Part shown: one piece after another, positions 33,708 through 44,073 of the stretch
How the letters are laid out: every line of letters starts with the position of its first letter
Numbering within the stretch: the first letter of the stretch is position 1
Source: a virus
Virus record (IMG/VR): IMGVR_UViG_3300017917_000616
Coordinates: 1 to 64,000 of that record
Reading direction: 5' to 3' (one strand)
Length of the DNA: 64,000 nucleotides
Translations under genes and position numbers: made by a program
The notes under the pieces: generated by a model
Told to the model about the DNA's origin: nothing
Databases searched by the model: none
What the model saw: the letters and a program-made list of their open reading frames with translations, nothing else

Positions 33708-34817
33708 TTACGTTGCCCTATTTTTTATGTCTATGAGTGCTTCTACCAAATCGCTGTTTCTTTTTAATGTTTTTAAATGGTTATAATTGTACTGTAATGT
33801 GTACTTCATTTCTTCACGTATGTTTAACCGTTCTTCTACCGACATATTATTAAATCTATTAATTTCTTTTGTAATAATCTCAATACGTTTCATCAAATCT
33901 AACGATAAATCGTATGTCTCATCTATCCATTTATCAAACGTTTTAAACCCTAACTTCTTAAGTAATTCTAATGTTCCCGGATTACCTAAAATAATAAACG
34001 GTAATCCTACACGCATGGGCTTATATGATTTTTCGCTTAGAAATAATGTTTCCTCATGTGTATGTGTTTCTGTGACAATATATAAAAAGCTCTTTTTACA
34101 GAACTCTACAGGTATTTCCATTGTAGGATTAGCTTCGCTTACATTCTCTACATCTAATATATCGTATGTGACAGACTCAATATTGGGGTACAGTTTGCGC
34201 CACATTTCGTATCCGTCATATGTGTTAGCCCATGTATTATATCCACAGTCTTTTAAATTTAAATCTATCAGTTTAGACATTAACTTAACTCTATGTTCTC
34301 TGGCTACACGATTTAAATTAATATAAATTTTATGGTCTTTTTCTAACGGTTGTATTTTATATTCATTGGTATTGTGTACGTGATGTACCCAATGGTTAGT
34401 AAAATAATGTGTATAGTTATTATGTTTTTCCGAGAGTTTATAGTTACCGTCTATAAAATAGACTTTACAAAAGTTAATCTTGTTTTGTAGTTTTCTTACA
34501 TATCCGTCATTTTCACTGTTACCCTCTAGTGGATCTAATACTACAGGTATTAGTTTCCCATTAATAAAGTCATCGCTGTTTCTTATAATATAATTGGCAT
34601 ACTTCTCTAACTGCAAATCTACGTTCCTAGCTTGTAAGAAACAAGGAAAATACTTAGTACCAATATCTGTATTATTGACTGTAACATAACGGAAGAAATA
34701 GAATTTATTAGAATTGTCTGTTTGGTATTCTTCGTACCGCCAATTCATTTTATATAAGTTTTGCTTAGACCAATCATTGTGTTGGAAATCTTCTGTGATT
34801 TTAAAGTCTAATAGCAT
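33708..34817 (-). CDS. Putative glycosyltransferase-like protein (TET..SEK..KP family) 1
   Basis: NLNRV.R.HR, IVTET....FLSEKSYKP....PFI.LG, GFKTF...DE.YD. Confidence 0.6.
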   Translation of the reverse strand: MLLDFKITEDFQHNDWSKQNLYKMNWRYEEYQTDNSNKFYFFRYVTVNNTDIGTKYFPCFLQARNVDLQLEKYANYIIRNSDDFINGKLIPVVLDPLEGNSENDGYVRKLQNKINFCKVYFIDGNYKLSEKHNNYTHYFTNHWVHHVHNTNEYKIQPLEKDHKIYINLNRVAREHRVKLMSKLIDLNLKDCGYNTWANTYDGYEMWRKLYPNIESVTYDILDVENVSEANPTMEIPVEFCKKSFLYIVTETHTHEETLFLSEKSYKPMRVGLPFIILGNPGTLELLKKLGFKTFDKWIDETYDLSLDLMKRIEIITKEINRFNNMSVEERLNIREEMKYTLQYNYNHLKTLKRNSDLVEALIDIKNRAT

Positions 34818-35577
34818 TTAATATTCTCTCAGTATATTCTTTGTGCGACATTACACCAGGATGCATATTATCACGTGCTTTGTCTAGTTTTGAATTGATA
34901 TTACCTAACTGTGTAGCATAATTCATAAACTCATATTTCATAATATGTGTATTAGCTTCACTATCCCAACAAGTAAAATATAACTTAGTTCCTAATTGTT
35001 GACATAACTGTACGAAAGGATACAGTTGCCAAATAGTCTGTAATGTTCGGGTGAAATTATATTTTTCGTCTAAAGTAATGAATATCTGTTTTTCTATTTT
35101 AGTTAGATTCTCATGGTCATACTGTGGTATCCAATTCATAAATCCATCTTCAGTAGCTAAGAATCTACGATTGGGTGTACTCATATAAAATAAAACTATT
35201 TTAGGTTTGTATTTTAATAATGCCCATGTAGCATTCATTATTTGAATGTCAGGGCCAGTTCCCGGTAATGCCACATTGACACACTCATATCCTAACTCTT
35301 TACTAATCATATATGGATATACATATTCTTCTGGCAATCCCTGTCCAAATGTCATACTACATCCGACGGACATTAATATATTATCACTTGTAGGTTCGGT
35401 ATACCTAAATCCATAACGGTTTACTTTGTACTCAAATTTCAAATCAAAGTCATTATTCAATAGTTCAGCTTTTGTAGATAATAACTTCGTTTGGTTAGGT
35501 ACATACAAACTATAGGGTATTTTAAATAGTTCGCTACCCGGATTATCAATCAAATAATTACTCATTAAACAACTCAC
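34801..35577 (-). CDS. SGNH/GDSL hydrolase-like protein
   Basis: N.YGFR, GCSMTFG.G, N.A.PG, ARDNMHPG. Confidence 0.72.
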   Translation of the reverse strand: MSCLMSNYLIDNPGSELFKIPYSLYVPNQTKLLSTKAELLNNDFDLKFEYKVNRYGFRYTEPTSDNILMSVGCSMTFGQGLPEEYVYPYMISKELGYECVNVALPGTGPDIQIMNATWALLKYKPKIVLFYMSTPNRRFLATEDGFMNWIPQYDHENLTKIEKQIFITLDEKYNFTRTLQTIWQLYPFVQLCQQLGTKLYFTCWDSEANTHIMKYEFMNYATQLGNINSKLDKARDNMHPGVMSHKEYTERILNAIRL

Positions 35578-36874
35578 TTAAGAATGGGAATGTTTCTGTG
35601 ACATTTTCGTTTCTGATACGGTCTAATCTACGTGTAATATCAACAAATTCACCAATATGTTTGGACTTATCTTCACTGTTCATACTGGTAACAATACTAC
35701 GTAAATGACTGGTGTTCATTCCATACATTGATTCTAGCCTATCAGCATATTTGTTAATCTTATCTGATACTTGTTCTTTCATATGTTTAGGTAAAATATT
35801 CGCATTATAGTAATGTGGGAACATCAGATAATTCAAATGAAATACGCTTGTCCAATGATCCTCTACGGGTTCATGCCAATTAATATCAGTATCAGGTTTA
35901 TTCTGTAATGTCCAGCTAACTGTCATACCTTGTCGCATACATTCCTGGTGGAACTCAGGAAGATAGAATATATTGAATACGCTAATAGTAGGATGTATTC
36001 CCCATACGACATTACCGTTCTTAAACAGTCCTTGGTCACGTAATTGCTTAAAGTTATCTACAACTTGCTCCCAATCTCCCCCTCGACGGATATAATTATA
36101 TCGTGGGCCACAATCATCTAAGCTAGCAATTAACTGAATATTCTTAAAATGTTTCCAATAATCAACTGCGTAATGGTCTTTATATCGTAATTCCCCGAAG
36201 TTAGTACTATATCTGATGGTAACATCAGTCTTACCAATATCAATTAATTTCTGTAGTATACGGTAATGTTCATCAGTAATTAATGGCTCGCCACCAGCAA
36301 AATGAATATATTCTACTTTGTCAAATAGATGCTCAAAATCTTTTTCAAAGTTATCGACTGTAGCCCATATTTTCTTATATTTCGGGGGCATATCTTCTTT
36401 GTTGATATTGAATAGTTTCTGGTGATCTGAGTGCCACTGTGTACTAAACTCAATACCGCATGTCCTACAACTCTGGTTACAGATATTACTGAATCTAAAG
36501 TCCCAATGTACTAGGTTTAACTCGTCAACTGTACCATCTTCTTTCGTACTGTTAACTTTATCTAGGTGATTGTTTCCATACGTCATATTCATATGTTGAC
36601 GTAATGATCCATAACCCTGTTCTTCCTTCTCGTAGCAACGATGGCAGTAATTACTACAATCTTCCCCATTAAGCATTTTAAGGCGCAGTTCACGCATTTG
36701 TTCACTATTCCATACTTCATGGATAGTCTGTGTATTCATGTTGCCGATAGTCTCAGTAATAGGACTCATACAGCAAGGATTTACATCCTTATTGGGCATG
36801 AAGTGCATGTGCGTCCATGGCGCCATACAAAACTTCTTATTGGTCATTAGTTTTAACATCGACATTTTGCTCAT
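35558..36874 (-). CDS. Radical SAM protein with N-terminal SPASM/twitch-like domain
   Basis: FCMAPW...PCC...CHRC, CNQSCRTC, FAGGEP. Confidence 0.9.
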   Translation of the reverse strand: MSKMSMLKLMTNKKFCMAPWTHMHFMPNKDVNPCCMSPITETIGNMNTQTIHEVWNSEQMRELRLKMLNGEDCSNYCHRCYEKEEQGYGSLRQHMNMTYGNNHLDKVNSTKEDGTVDELNLVHWDFRFSNICNQSCRTCGIEFSTQWHSDHQKLFNINKEDMPPKYKKIWATVDNFEKDFEHLFDKVEYIHFAGGEPLITDEHYRILQKLIDIGKTDVTIRYSTNFGELRYKDHYAVDYWKHFKNIQLIASLDDCGPRYNYIRRGGDWEQVVDNFKQLRDQGLFKNGNVVWGIHPTISVFNIFYLPEFHQECMRQGMTVSWTLQNKPDTDINWHEPVEDHWTSVFHLNYLMFPHYYNANILPKHMKEQVSDKINKYADRLESMYGMNTSHLRSIVTSMNSEDKSKHIGEFVDITRRLDRIRNENVTETFPFLSELFNE

Positions 36875-38126
36875 TGAATAAAATCCTATTTAAATTGTGT
36901 ATGATACGTTTTTTACTGGGTAGTGTTTGAAAATGTTTTTGATTATATTCAGTCACTTCCTTTAATATTTCTCTATAACTAGTTAATGAATCTAAACTAA
37001 TACCATTAAATTTTTTAATCTGGTTAGTTACCAGTTTCATACGTTTGTGTAGATTCATTTCCTCATCATAACTTTCATCGAATACTTCTCCAAAAGTCAT
37101 ATATCCCAAGTCTCGTAGATATTGTAAACTATTCGGTTCGCTGATAAGAAAGAAGGGCTGTCCATAAAAGATTGATTTATACGTTTTTTCAGTTATAAAA
37201 ATCGTTTCACCCTTTTTCTCACTTCTATTATCAAATGTGGTTTCTAATACGATTTGTGCGAAACTTGTAGTATAAAACTCGTCAGGAATTTCCCATTGTT
37301 TTTGTAAGATATCTCTGGTATCGATTGGATCTAAAATCACTGACTCTTTTAAAAACTCTACATCGTCATTATCAAACGATTGCCATAATGGGATTTTGTG
37401 ATAATCTTCGTGTTGTTCGCACTCATTCATATAGGTATACAACGCTTCGGTTGTCCAACTATAATGGCTGTTTGACAATATACCATTATCTCTACACCAT
37501 AAATAAAACATTATTCTCCATGGCTTAGCTTGTCTGATCGGCATCAAAAACTTCTTTGATAGCTCTTTATGTGGTTTAGCTTCGATACTAGAATTAGTGA
37601 TATATTCGTGATATAGCATTTCAAATAATGGATATGAGATGTATTTTATCCTACACCAATCTTCGTATGTACAGTATTTGTTAGTCCTATTTCTTAGAAA
37701 CGGATACTCACTTAATTCCTTAGAATATGCGTTAGCATGAGAAAAGAAAAACTGTGCTTTAGGATACAAAAATAGCATGTGATCCATAAAGTCTTTTAGT
37801 TCCGCAGGGATATAACATTCCATTGGATAGCTGATACAAATACTAAGATTTTCATTGTCTGGAATTTGACTAGCAATATAGTTACAATCAACTAGATTAA
37901 ACTGTTCAGAATCAAATATACTAAAAAATAAGTAATTTTTTTCCGTGTAATCTATATTCGCTGTACTTACATATTTGTATTCGTAATTACTGCGTACAAA
38001 ATCCTCAAGATTTAATGTCTTTTCAACTGTTATTTTATCGCTGGGCTTATAAAAGAATTTACCCATAGTTTTTATTAAACTTCTTGTTTCTATGATATTA
38101 ATCATATGTAGCCTTTGGATCGTCAA
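36837..38126 (-). CDS. Putative glycosyltransferase-like protein (TET..TEK family) 2
   Basis: IVLET....FITEKTYKS....PF, GY.TF...FDESYD. Confidence 0.6.
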   Translation of the reverse strand: MTIQRLHMINIIETRSLIKTMGKFFYKPSDKITVEKTLNLEDFVRSNYEYKYVSTANIDYTEKNYLFFSIFDSEQFNLVDCNYIASQIPDNENLSICISYPMECYIPAELKDFMDHMLFLYPKAQFFFSHANAYSKELSEYPFLRNRTNKYCTYEDWCRIKYISYPLFEMLYHEYITNSSIEAKPHKELSKKFLMPIRQAKPWRIMFYLWCRDNGILSNSHYSWTTEALYTYMNECEQHEDYHKIPLWQSFDNDDVEFLKESVILDPIDTRDILQKQWEIPDEFYTTSFAQIVLETTFDNRSEKKGETIFITEKTYKSIFYGQPFFLISEPNSLQYLRDLGYMTFGEVFDESYDEEMNLHKRMKLVTNQIKKFNGISLDSLTSYREILKEVTEYNQKHFQTLPSKKRIIHNLNRILFNEQNVDVKTNDQ

Positions 38127-39597
38127 TGTTTGTATTGTCAGGATTTAATACCCAACCTTCTTTTTCTGCTAATTCTTTTAGTTGGTCGTCATTATCCCAC
38201 TGTGTAGAACTGTCTCCATTAACTAAATCTCTACTTGCTACAATAGTATCAGGGATAGTCTCTACCCAACGTGTTAATATTTCTGGGAATACATTTAAAC
38301 TCTTTCCCCTACGTAAATCGTAGTCTTTATAGAACGTCTTAAAATCACGCCATAATGTAATTTTATTGCTGGTTCTACGATGTGGGGCATCGACTGTTTC
38401 TAAGTAGTCAATTAGTCGTTCGATACTAGCCTTTTCAAACTCATGTAATAGTTTGTTATCCTTATTATTTTCATACCATTTTTGTAGTTTATTACGTAAA
38501 TGGTCCTTAATATGATCGGGTAATGCTAATGGGCTTTGAAAACTAGGGAAACGCAATAGATTAACTGATACAGTGGGTTTTACTTTAAACTCACTTTTCA
38601 TAGTTAATACTGCATCTAAGAAATGCGTTATAGAAAATAAGCATAGACTATTAATGGTCATCATAATGTGTAGACCTTTAATATTCGCTTCATTTGCTAC
38701 TCTGGTAATATTCTTCATCCATACTTGATAATCCAATCCATCACGGATATATTCAGCATGTTTTCCTGTAGCTTCACAACTAGTATACAACTCAAAATGT
38801 TTAATGTTTTTTGATTTTTCAATTAATTTGTCAATAATTTCGTCTTTGGCAATTAAATTACTGTTAATTGCGAAACGCATATTACTATCTTGCTTTTCAA
38901 ACCAATCAAATAACTTCCATGTATTACCACTCATTAATGGTTCGCCACCAGTAATACGTAGTTCTTCTAAGCTATCTGCTAAACCATTATCCCACCATTC
39001 CCAGAATGCTTTGATATATGGATTATCTTCGTCATTCTTATAGGGTTGTGCCCATGACCCATCTTGCTGAAATGCGGCTGCCCCGTCACTGACTAAGTTC
39101 TGATATGGGCCGTTCTTTTTGATATCATTAGCCCATGTTGTACTAAAGCTAGCGTTACAGTAAGAGCAAGCTAGATTACATACACGGTCAAAACTAATCT
39201 CAAATGTCTTTAGATTTACATCATGGTCCCAAGGCTTTTTACTAATATCTTTAAGTGCTTCGTCACTATAAATGATTGTCTTAAATACACGGTCACTTAC
39301 TGTATCTTTGCCGATATCTTCAACTTTCCAACAGTATTCACACTCACGTGGGCGCTCACCCTCAAGCATTAATTTACGCATCAGTTTCTTATGTTTGGTG
39401 TTGTGAATTGCGCTAGGACTGATACGTATTTCTTCGATAGGAATACGGTGTGCGGGTGGGTGATGGCAACTAGCAGTAGTACCACTGCCCAACCATGTTG
39501 TAGCATTGTACCATTTAGCCCCGCAAAAGCTAGGGCTAATACTATCAATAACTCTGTCACGATATTCGGTCAGAGATTCATTCGGTTTCTTTGGCAT
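38098..39597 (-). CDS. Radical SAM protein with twitch-like N-domain
   Basis: FCGAKW..SCHHP..CEYCW, CNLACSYC, TGGEP. Confidence 0.9.
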   Translation of the reverse strand: MPKKPNESLTEYRDRVIDSISPSFCGAKWYNATTWLGSGTTASCHHPPAHRIPIEEIRISPSAIHNTKHKKLMRKLMLEGERPRECEYCWKVEDIGKDTVSDRVFKTIIYSDEALKDISKKPWDHDVNLKTFEISFDRVCNLACSYCNASFSTTWANDIKKNGPYQNLVSDGAAAFQQDGSWAQPYKNDEDNPYIKAFWEWWDNGLADSLEELRITGGEPLMSGNTWKLFDWFEKQDSNMRFAINSNLIAKDEIIDKLIEKSKNIKHFELYTSCEATGKHAEYIRDGLDYQVWMKNITRVANEANIKGLHIMMTINSLCLFSITHFLDAVLTMKSEFKVKPTVSVNLLRFPSFQSPLALPDHIKDHLRNKLQKWYENNKDNKLLHEFEKASIERLIDYLETVDAPHRRTSNKITLWRDFKTFYKDYDLRRGKSLNVFPEILTRWVETIPDTIVASRDLVNGDSSTQWDNDDQLKELAEKEGWVLNPDNTNIDDPKATYD

Positions 39598-40948
39598 TAT
39601 TATAAAAGTCCTTTAATTCGGGGAACACACTAGCAAAATTCGTACCCCTTCTCTTATCAATTTCCCCAATAAATTTAATAAAATCAGTAGGGTCTTGCTG
39701 TTCACTTACAAGATAGTCACAAAATCTTTGTAGTTGATCCCATTCCTCTAGATATAATCTTGCGGGCCCAGACACATTATACTTAATCCATTGTTCGCCA
39801 GTGATTAAAATATGGTCACGATATTGTTGACGCAACTCTAATGGCAATACATTTACACTTAGATGTGTAGGCCAACGTAGATAATTGATACTGATAGGAA
39901 TCCTATTATGTGCTGGAGTCTCGTTGTATTTCTGTCTTAGTGTCATAACATAGTTCAAAAAATCTACCATTGTAGTGACACTCAAGGCATTAATCGTAGT
40001 CATAATATTGACGTTAACGTCCGTTTCCGACAATACTTTGTTTATATTATTGACCCATTGCGTATAGTTCAATCCATAACGGCTGTACTCTGCTTGTTTA
40101 CCAGTACTTTCCAAACTTGTGTAAACGTCTATTCGTTTTACATAGTGTTTTAAATTATTGATAGTATCAATAAACTTATCAATCAATTTGTTATCTACAC
40201 ATAGATTTGTGTTGATTGCTAATTCTAATTCGTGGTTTGGATTATCTTCGATATACTCAAACAATTTCCATACATCTTTACTGAGTAATGGTTCGCCACC
40301 TGTAACCCTAAACACACGTAAGTTTTTATATATACTCGGTAAGTATTTCCAGAAAGCATCAACGTATGGATTGTCATCACTGTGCTTATATGGGAATCTA
40401 CCGACTTCTTTTAGCCAATTTAAATCATGGTTACTTGTGCTAGTAGGATAAGGACCAAAACGCTCAATCTCTTCCATCCACTTGCTACTGACTTCAGGAC
40501 TACAATATGTACATTTGAAATTACATACATTACTAAAACTGACTTCTAAGTAACTAGGATTGATATCGCTAGCAGGGTCAGTCTTTCTAACTTCGTGTAT
40601 TCTATCCCATGCCCAGTAATCGCTTGTCTTATAATGACGGTCGCTGAAATAATCTTTGTTTAGATCCTCAATCTTCCAGCAGTAATCACATTCGCTAGGG
40701 CGTTCACCATTGAGCATCTTTAGTCGTTGCTCTTTCTTAAACTTGCTATTGTGTAGTGCTGCAGGATTCTCACGTATTTCTTCTAATGGAATCTTGTGTG
40801 GGCTAGGATGGTGACAACTATGATTGTAACCATTCTGTAGATAAAGTGTAGTCTGTAGCCATTTAGCACTACAAAAGCTGGGGCTGATATTATTGATTAT
40901 GATTCTTTTTTGCTTAAGAATCTCAATGCGTTCTTCGTTAGTCATCAC
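39578..40948 (-). CDS. Radical SAM protein with twitch-like N-domain
   Basis: FCSAKW..SCHHP..CDYCW, CNFKCTYC, TGGEP. Confidence 0.9.
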   Translation of the reverse strand: MMTNEERIEILKQKRIIINNISPSFCSAKWLQTTLYLQNGYNHSCHHPSPHKIPLEEIRENPAALHNSKFKKEQRLKMLNGERPSECDYCWKIEDLNKDYFSDRHYKTSDYWAWDRIHEVRKTDPASDINPSYLEVSFSNVCNFKCTYCSPEVSSKWMEEIERFGPYPTSTSNHDLNWLKEVGRFPYKHSDDNPYVDAFWKYLPSIYKNLRVFRVTGGEPLLSKDVWKLFEYIEDNPNHELELAINTNLCVDNKLIDKFIDTINNLKHYVKRIDVYTSLESTGKQAEYSRYGLNYTQWVNNINKVLSETDVNVNIMTTINALSVTTMVDFLNYVMTLRQKYNETPAHNRIPISINYLRWPTHLSVNVLPLELRQQYRDHILITGEQWIKYNVSGPARLYLEEWDQLQRFCDYLVSEQQDPTDFIKFIGEIDKRRGTNFASVFPELKDFYNNAKETE

Positions 40949-41892
40949 CAGCCCTCTATCTTTCTGATAATGTCAATTTCTCTTACTAACGGTCCCAAAT
41001 TATGTTTGTCACTATTATAATGACGCTTAAAGAACTTACTTTGTTCAGCACTTAATGTACACATTGGCAATCCAAGTTTGTCTTGAAGTGCTTCCCCAAA
41101 GAAGTGAGCCGAGAAGTGTGGCTCTCTATCTTTATATTCGTCCCATAACTCAACAAAGTTATCAAACCATTGTACTTTTTTAGCGTCCCAACCACCTAGC
41201 ATTGTCATGTATGTGCCTAATCTAGCACCATAGATAGCCCAGATTCCGTTCTCTACGTCACACCCTACATTGTGCCATATGGTTAAGTTATTCATGTTAC
41301 GTGTAGCAACACTACGCTTGAAGTCATTAATGTCAGGAACTTTGCCCCCAACTAAACACATCTTAACTCCTTCCCGAAAACCCGCACGCCACGCTTGAAA
41401 TGGAGTATAGTTAGGATAAGTAGTAGAGTAGCAATCATACATTGACCAATATAAACTGTTTTGATAGTCAAGGCAAAAGTCTACAGTATGTGTGTCGTTA
41501 CCGTCACTTGCCTCATGCGTTTTCATATTCATTACATAATCTTTTGTCCAGCAACTCATACCACCGTTACCATAACGTAACCCATTGATATGATTAATTG
41601 CTCTCCAGCGATATTGTGCTTTCTTGTATGATTCATCCTTATCAGTAAAGTCTAATGTCAAATCAAAAAACTTCATGTCGGGCATGTTGTCCCCGTCAAT
41701 AAGAATGAATCGTTCTGTATCACTTGCTTCTGCGGCTGCTTTGTGTGCCGCATCACTGCCTTTAACTCCATCGACCCTACGTGCCCATGGAATCATGTTT
41801 TTAATCTTAACCCAGAATTCTTCTTTCTGTGGTTCATCGTAACTTAGGTATATACAGTCTAAGTCAGCGATTTCAACGATATCTGTATTCAT
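40945..41892 (-). CDS. GT-A-like glycosyltransferase
   Basis: DCIYLSYDEP, GVKG.DAAHKAAA, FILIDGDN (DxD), YGNGG, AWRAGFREGVKM. Confidence 0.7.
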   Translation of the reverse strand: MNTDIVEIADLDCIYLSYDEPQKEEFWVKIKNMIPWARRVDGVKGSDAAHKAAAEASDTERFILIDGDNMPDMKFFDLTLDFTDKDESYKKAQYRWRAINHINGLRYGNGGMSCWTKDYVMNMKTHEASDGNDTHTVDFCLDYQNSLYWSMYDCYSTTYPNYTPFQAWRAGFREGVKMCLVGGKVPDINDFKRSVATRNMNNLTIWHNVGCDVENGIWAIYGARLGTYMTMLGGWDAKKVQWFDNFVELWDEYKDREPHFSAHFFGEALQDKLGLPMCTLSAEQSKFFKRHYNSDKHNLGPLVREIDIIRKIEGW

Positions 41893-42175
41893 ACGTTTTT
41901 GTATTCCATTCTAGTGTTTCGCCAGTATAATTGTCGGCTATAATCATTATGTCCTCTTTAGCACATTTTTGCCCTTCGCCTGGTATAAATTTTGTTATGA
42001 AGGCTGCGTCAGAAAATTTCACTATCTCTCCATTGATTACTCTAACATCATATCTGCTAGCCGCATACGTAAGCGCATCTATAACTAGATATTCATGTGG
42101 CATACTTACACTGGCTTCACTAGTATAGCATACTACTGTCCCATTGTCATCATAATAAAGTCTGAATTCTACCAT
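41873..42175 (-). CDS. Hypothetical protein (100 aa)
   Basis: Intact ORF coupled within the operon. Confidence 0.65.
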   Translation of the reverse strand: MVEFRLYYDDNGTVVCYTSEASVSMPHEYLVIDALTYAASRYDVRVINGEIVKFSDAAFITKFIPGEGQKCAKEDIMIIADNYTGETLEWNTKTYEYRYR

Positions 42176-42959
42176 AATGTTCTTTCAGAATCTTTCCAAA
42201 GTGTTTAACGTGATAATGTACTGGGTATTGTTGCGGGAAAGTTTGTATTTTTATTGGATCGGTTAGTTCATAAACCAATTCGTTAGTCCAATCTTCAATA
42301 GTCGTATTGTTAATATATTGTTTCATGTGTACCATACTGAATTGGTCTAACGGTAGTGTTGTGTTTTCTACACCCAAAATATGACAGACAATGCTGTAAA
42401 CCCAATCTGTAGTAGGTTCTTCGTTTTGGTTACATTTAAGTATATACTTGTAGTGCTCCCAATTTTCAAAAACCTCACGAACTAATGAGAAGAAGTTCCT
42501 AGAGAACTCTGACTTATTAAAATACGTGATAGCGTTATACACATCAGGCAAATCATTGTCATCTATAAACTTTCTATAAAATCTACTTTCGCTAACTTTT
42601 CCCTTGTAGTCTCTGATTTTTGAACAGACACATACATCTTTGACTGACAATACTTCAAACAAATACTGAATGTCAGTATTAACAAACATGTCTGCTTCTA
42701 GTTTTATCGTCCTATCGTATGGGCTGGCATCATATACTTGCCAGTCATTTATAAGTTTCCAATTACTATAAGGAGCCTGATCTCCATATGGAAGTTCTAC
42801 TACATGGTCAAATGCTTGACACATACTAACATCGTTGCTGATTAATGTAATATCACATTTTGGCATCACATGTTTCATGCTCAAAGCTAGTGCTTCGGCG
42901 CATTCAATATAATTTGTGTCTTTTGTATTTTGTGCTAAGATTACAAATCCGTCGTTCAT
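42150..42959 (-). CDS. Nucleotide-diphospho-sugar transferase (GT-A)
   Basis: Y...A..LA.S, SPYDRTI.LEAD, HMK, HYH.K. Confidence 0.75.
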   Translation of the reverse strand: MNDGFVILAQNTKDTNYIECAEALALSMKHVMPKCDITLISNDVSMCQAFDHVVELPYGDQAPYSNWKLINDWQVYDASPYDRTIKLEADMFVNTDIQYLFEVLSVKDVCVCSKIRDYKGKVSESRFYRKFIDDNDLPDVYNAITYFNKSEFSRNFFSLVREVFENWEHYKYILKCNQNEEPTTDWVYSIVCHILGVENTTLPLDQFSMVHMKQYINNTTIEDWTNELVYELTDPIKIQTFPQQYPVHYHVKHFGKILKEHYGRIQTLL

Positions 42960-43735
42960 ACTAAACTCATAAATGTATTCTTGTCTAGGATATGAAAGTC
43001 AGTATCCTTTATTTGGATGTATGTAGATTTGTTATTATCATCCATAATTGTATATTCCGTACAGAACTCGTCTGTAGTATTCTTAAATGCTTTTCTATTT
43101 TTTGCCAAGTGTAACAGATTCCAAGGCATATAACTTCTTGTATCTTCCGACTGGCCATTAATTATTCTGTGAGCAAATGATAGAGCATAGTCATTTCTAT
43201 ACATTCCAGTTGGTATGTTAAAAAGATTAATGTAATGACTATAATTTTTCTGTACCATCTCCATACATTCAAATAACTGTTTTGCCCTAGATGATTTGTT
43301 AAACAACATTACAGTTGCCCATAATGTATTGTAGCTTGTTAAACTTATAGACTCTTGAATGGGTTCGTCTAGTAGATAATTTACTTTGTTTGGGAACATG
43401 ATATCATCATAGATATCAAACAACGTTAGTAATTGATTACCGTTAACAAGATAGTCAGTATCTATTAGTAGAGTCTCATCGTAGGGAGAAAGGTCATATG
43501 CTTTATATCTTCCTTTATTAATCCATAGATTCTTTGACTTAGTGTTAGACTTATCCGGAACTTCAATTATTGTTTTATCAAACTTATAATCATAGTTAGA
43601 TGTATCTACTGTATCGTCCGTAATTACAGATACAGGAATATCTAAAAAGTGATTGATCCTTTTAGCCGTCAATACAGCCATTTTATAATAATCAGTTGAC
43701 GGACTATTAAAGGCAAATAATAGGGCGCCCTTCAT
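42956..43735 (-). CDS. Nucleotide-diphospho-sugar transferase (GT-A)
   Basis: AYDLSPYDETLLIDTDY, WATV..F, RNDYA; paralogous to its neighbour. Confidence 0.75.
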   Translation of the reverse strand: MKGALLFAFNSPSTDYYKMAVLTAKRINHFLDIPVSVITDDTVDTSNYDYKFDKTIIEVPDKSNTKSKNLWINKGRYKAYDLSPYDETLLIDTDYLVNGNQLLTLFDIYDDIMFPNKVNYLLDEPIQESISLTSYNTLWATVMLFNKSSRAKQLFECMEMVQKNYSHYINLFNIPTGMYRNDYALSFAHRIINGQSEDTRSYMPWNLLHLAKNRKAFKNTTDEFCTEYTIMDDNNKSTYIQIKDTDFHILDKNTFMSLV

Positions 43736-44037
43736 CTTTTATTCTTTAATTCTTCAAACTCAGTATGCCAATCATTCATAACAGTTCTATAGATACTATA
43801 TGCCTTTGACCAAAGTTGTGTTCTGTTGACTTTAACTGGATTATCATACATGTCTAAAAGTACAACTTCATCGTCAGTAAAAAATTGTAGTGTGGAAAAA
43901 AGTTTTGGATCGGCACACCAAAGACCACTTTGGTCTGCGAAGACCAACTTGGCTTGATATTTGTCTTTTAGATATTTTTTGGAACTATTGTGATTGAAGC
44001 GTGATTTGGCTTCTTTTAGAAGTTTCTCTGTATCCAT
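43732..44037 (-). CDS. Hypothetical protein, first gene of the glycan operon
   Basis: Intact ORF with TTAAATA 5 nt upstream. Confidence 0.7.
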   Translation of the reverse strand: MDTEKLLKEAKSRFNHNSSKKYLKDKYQAKLVFADQSGLWCADPKLFSTLQFFTDDEVVLLDMYDNPVKVNRTQLWSKAYSIYRTVMNDWHTEFEELKNKR

Positions 44038-44073
44038 GTAACTATTTAAATGAATACAGAGATTCCAGAATTT

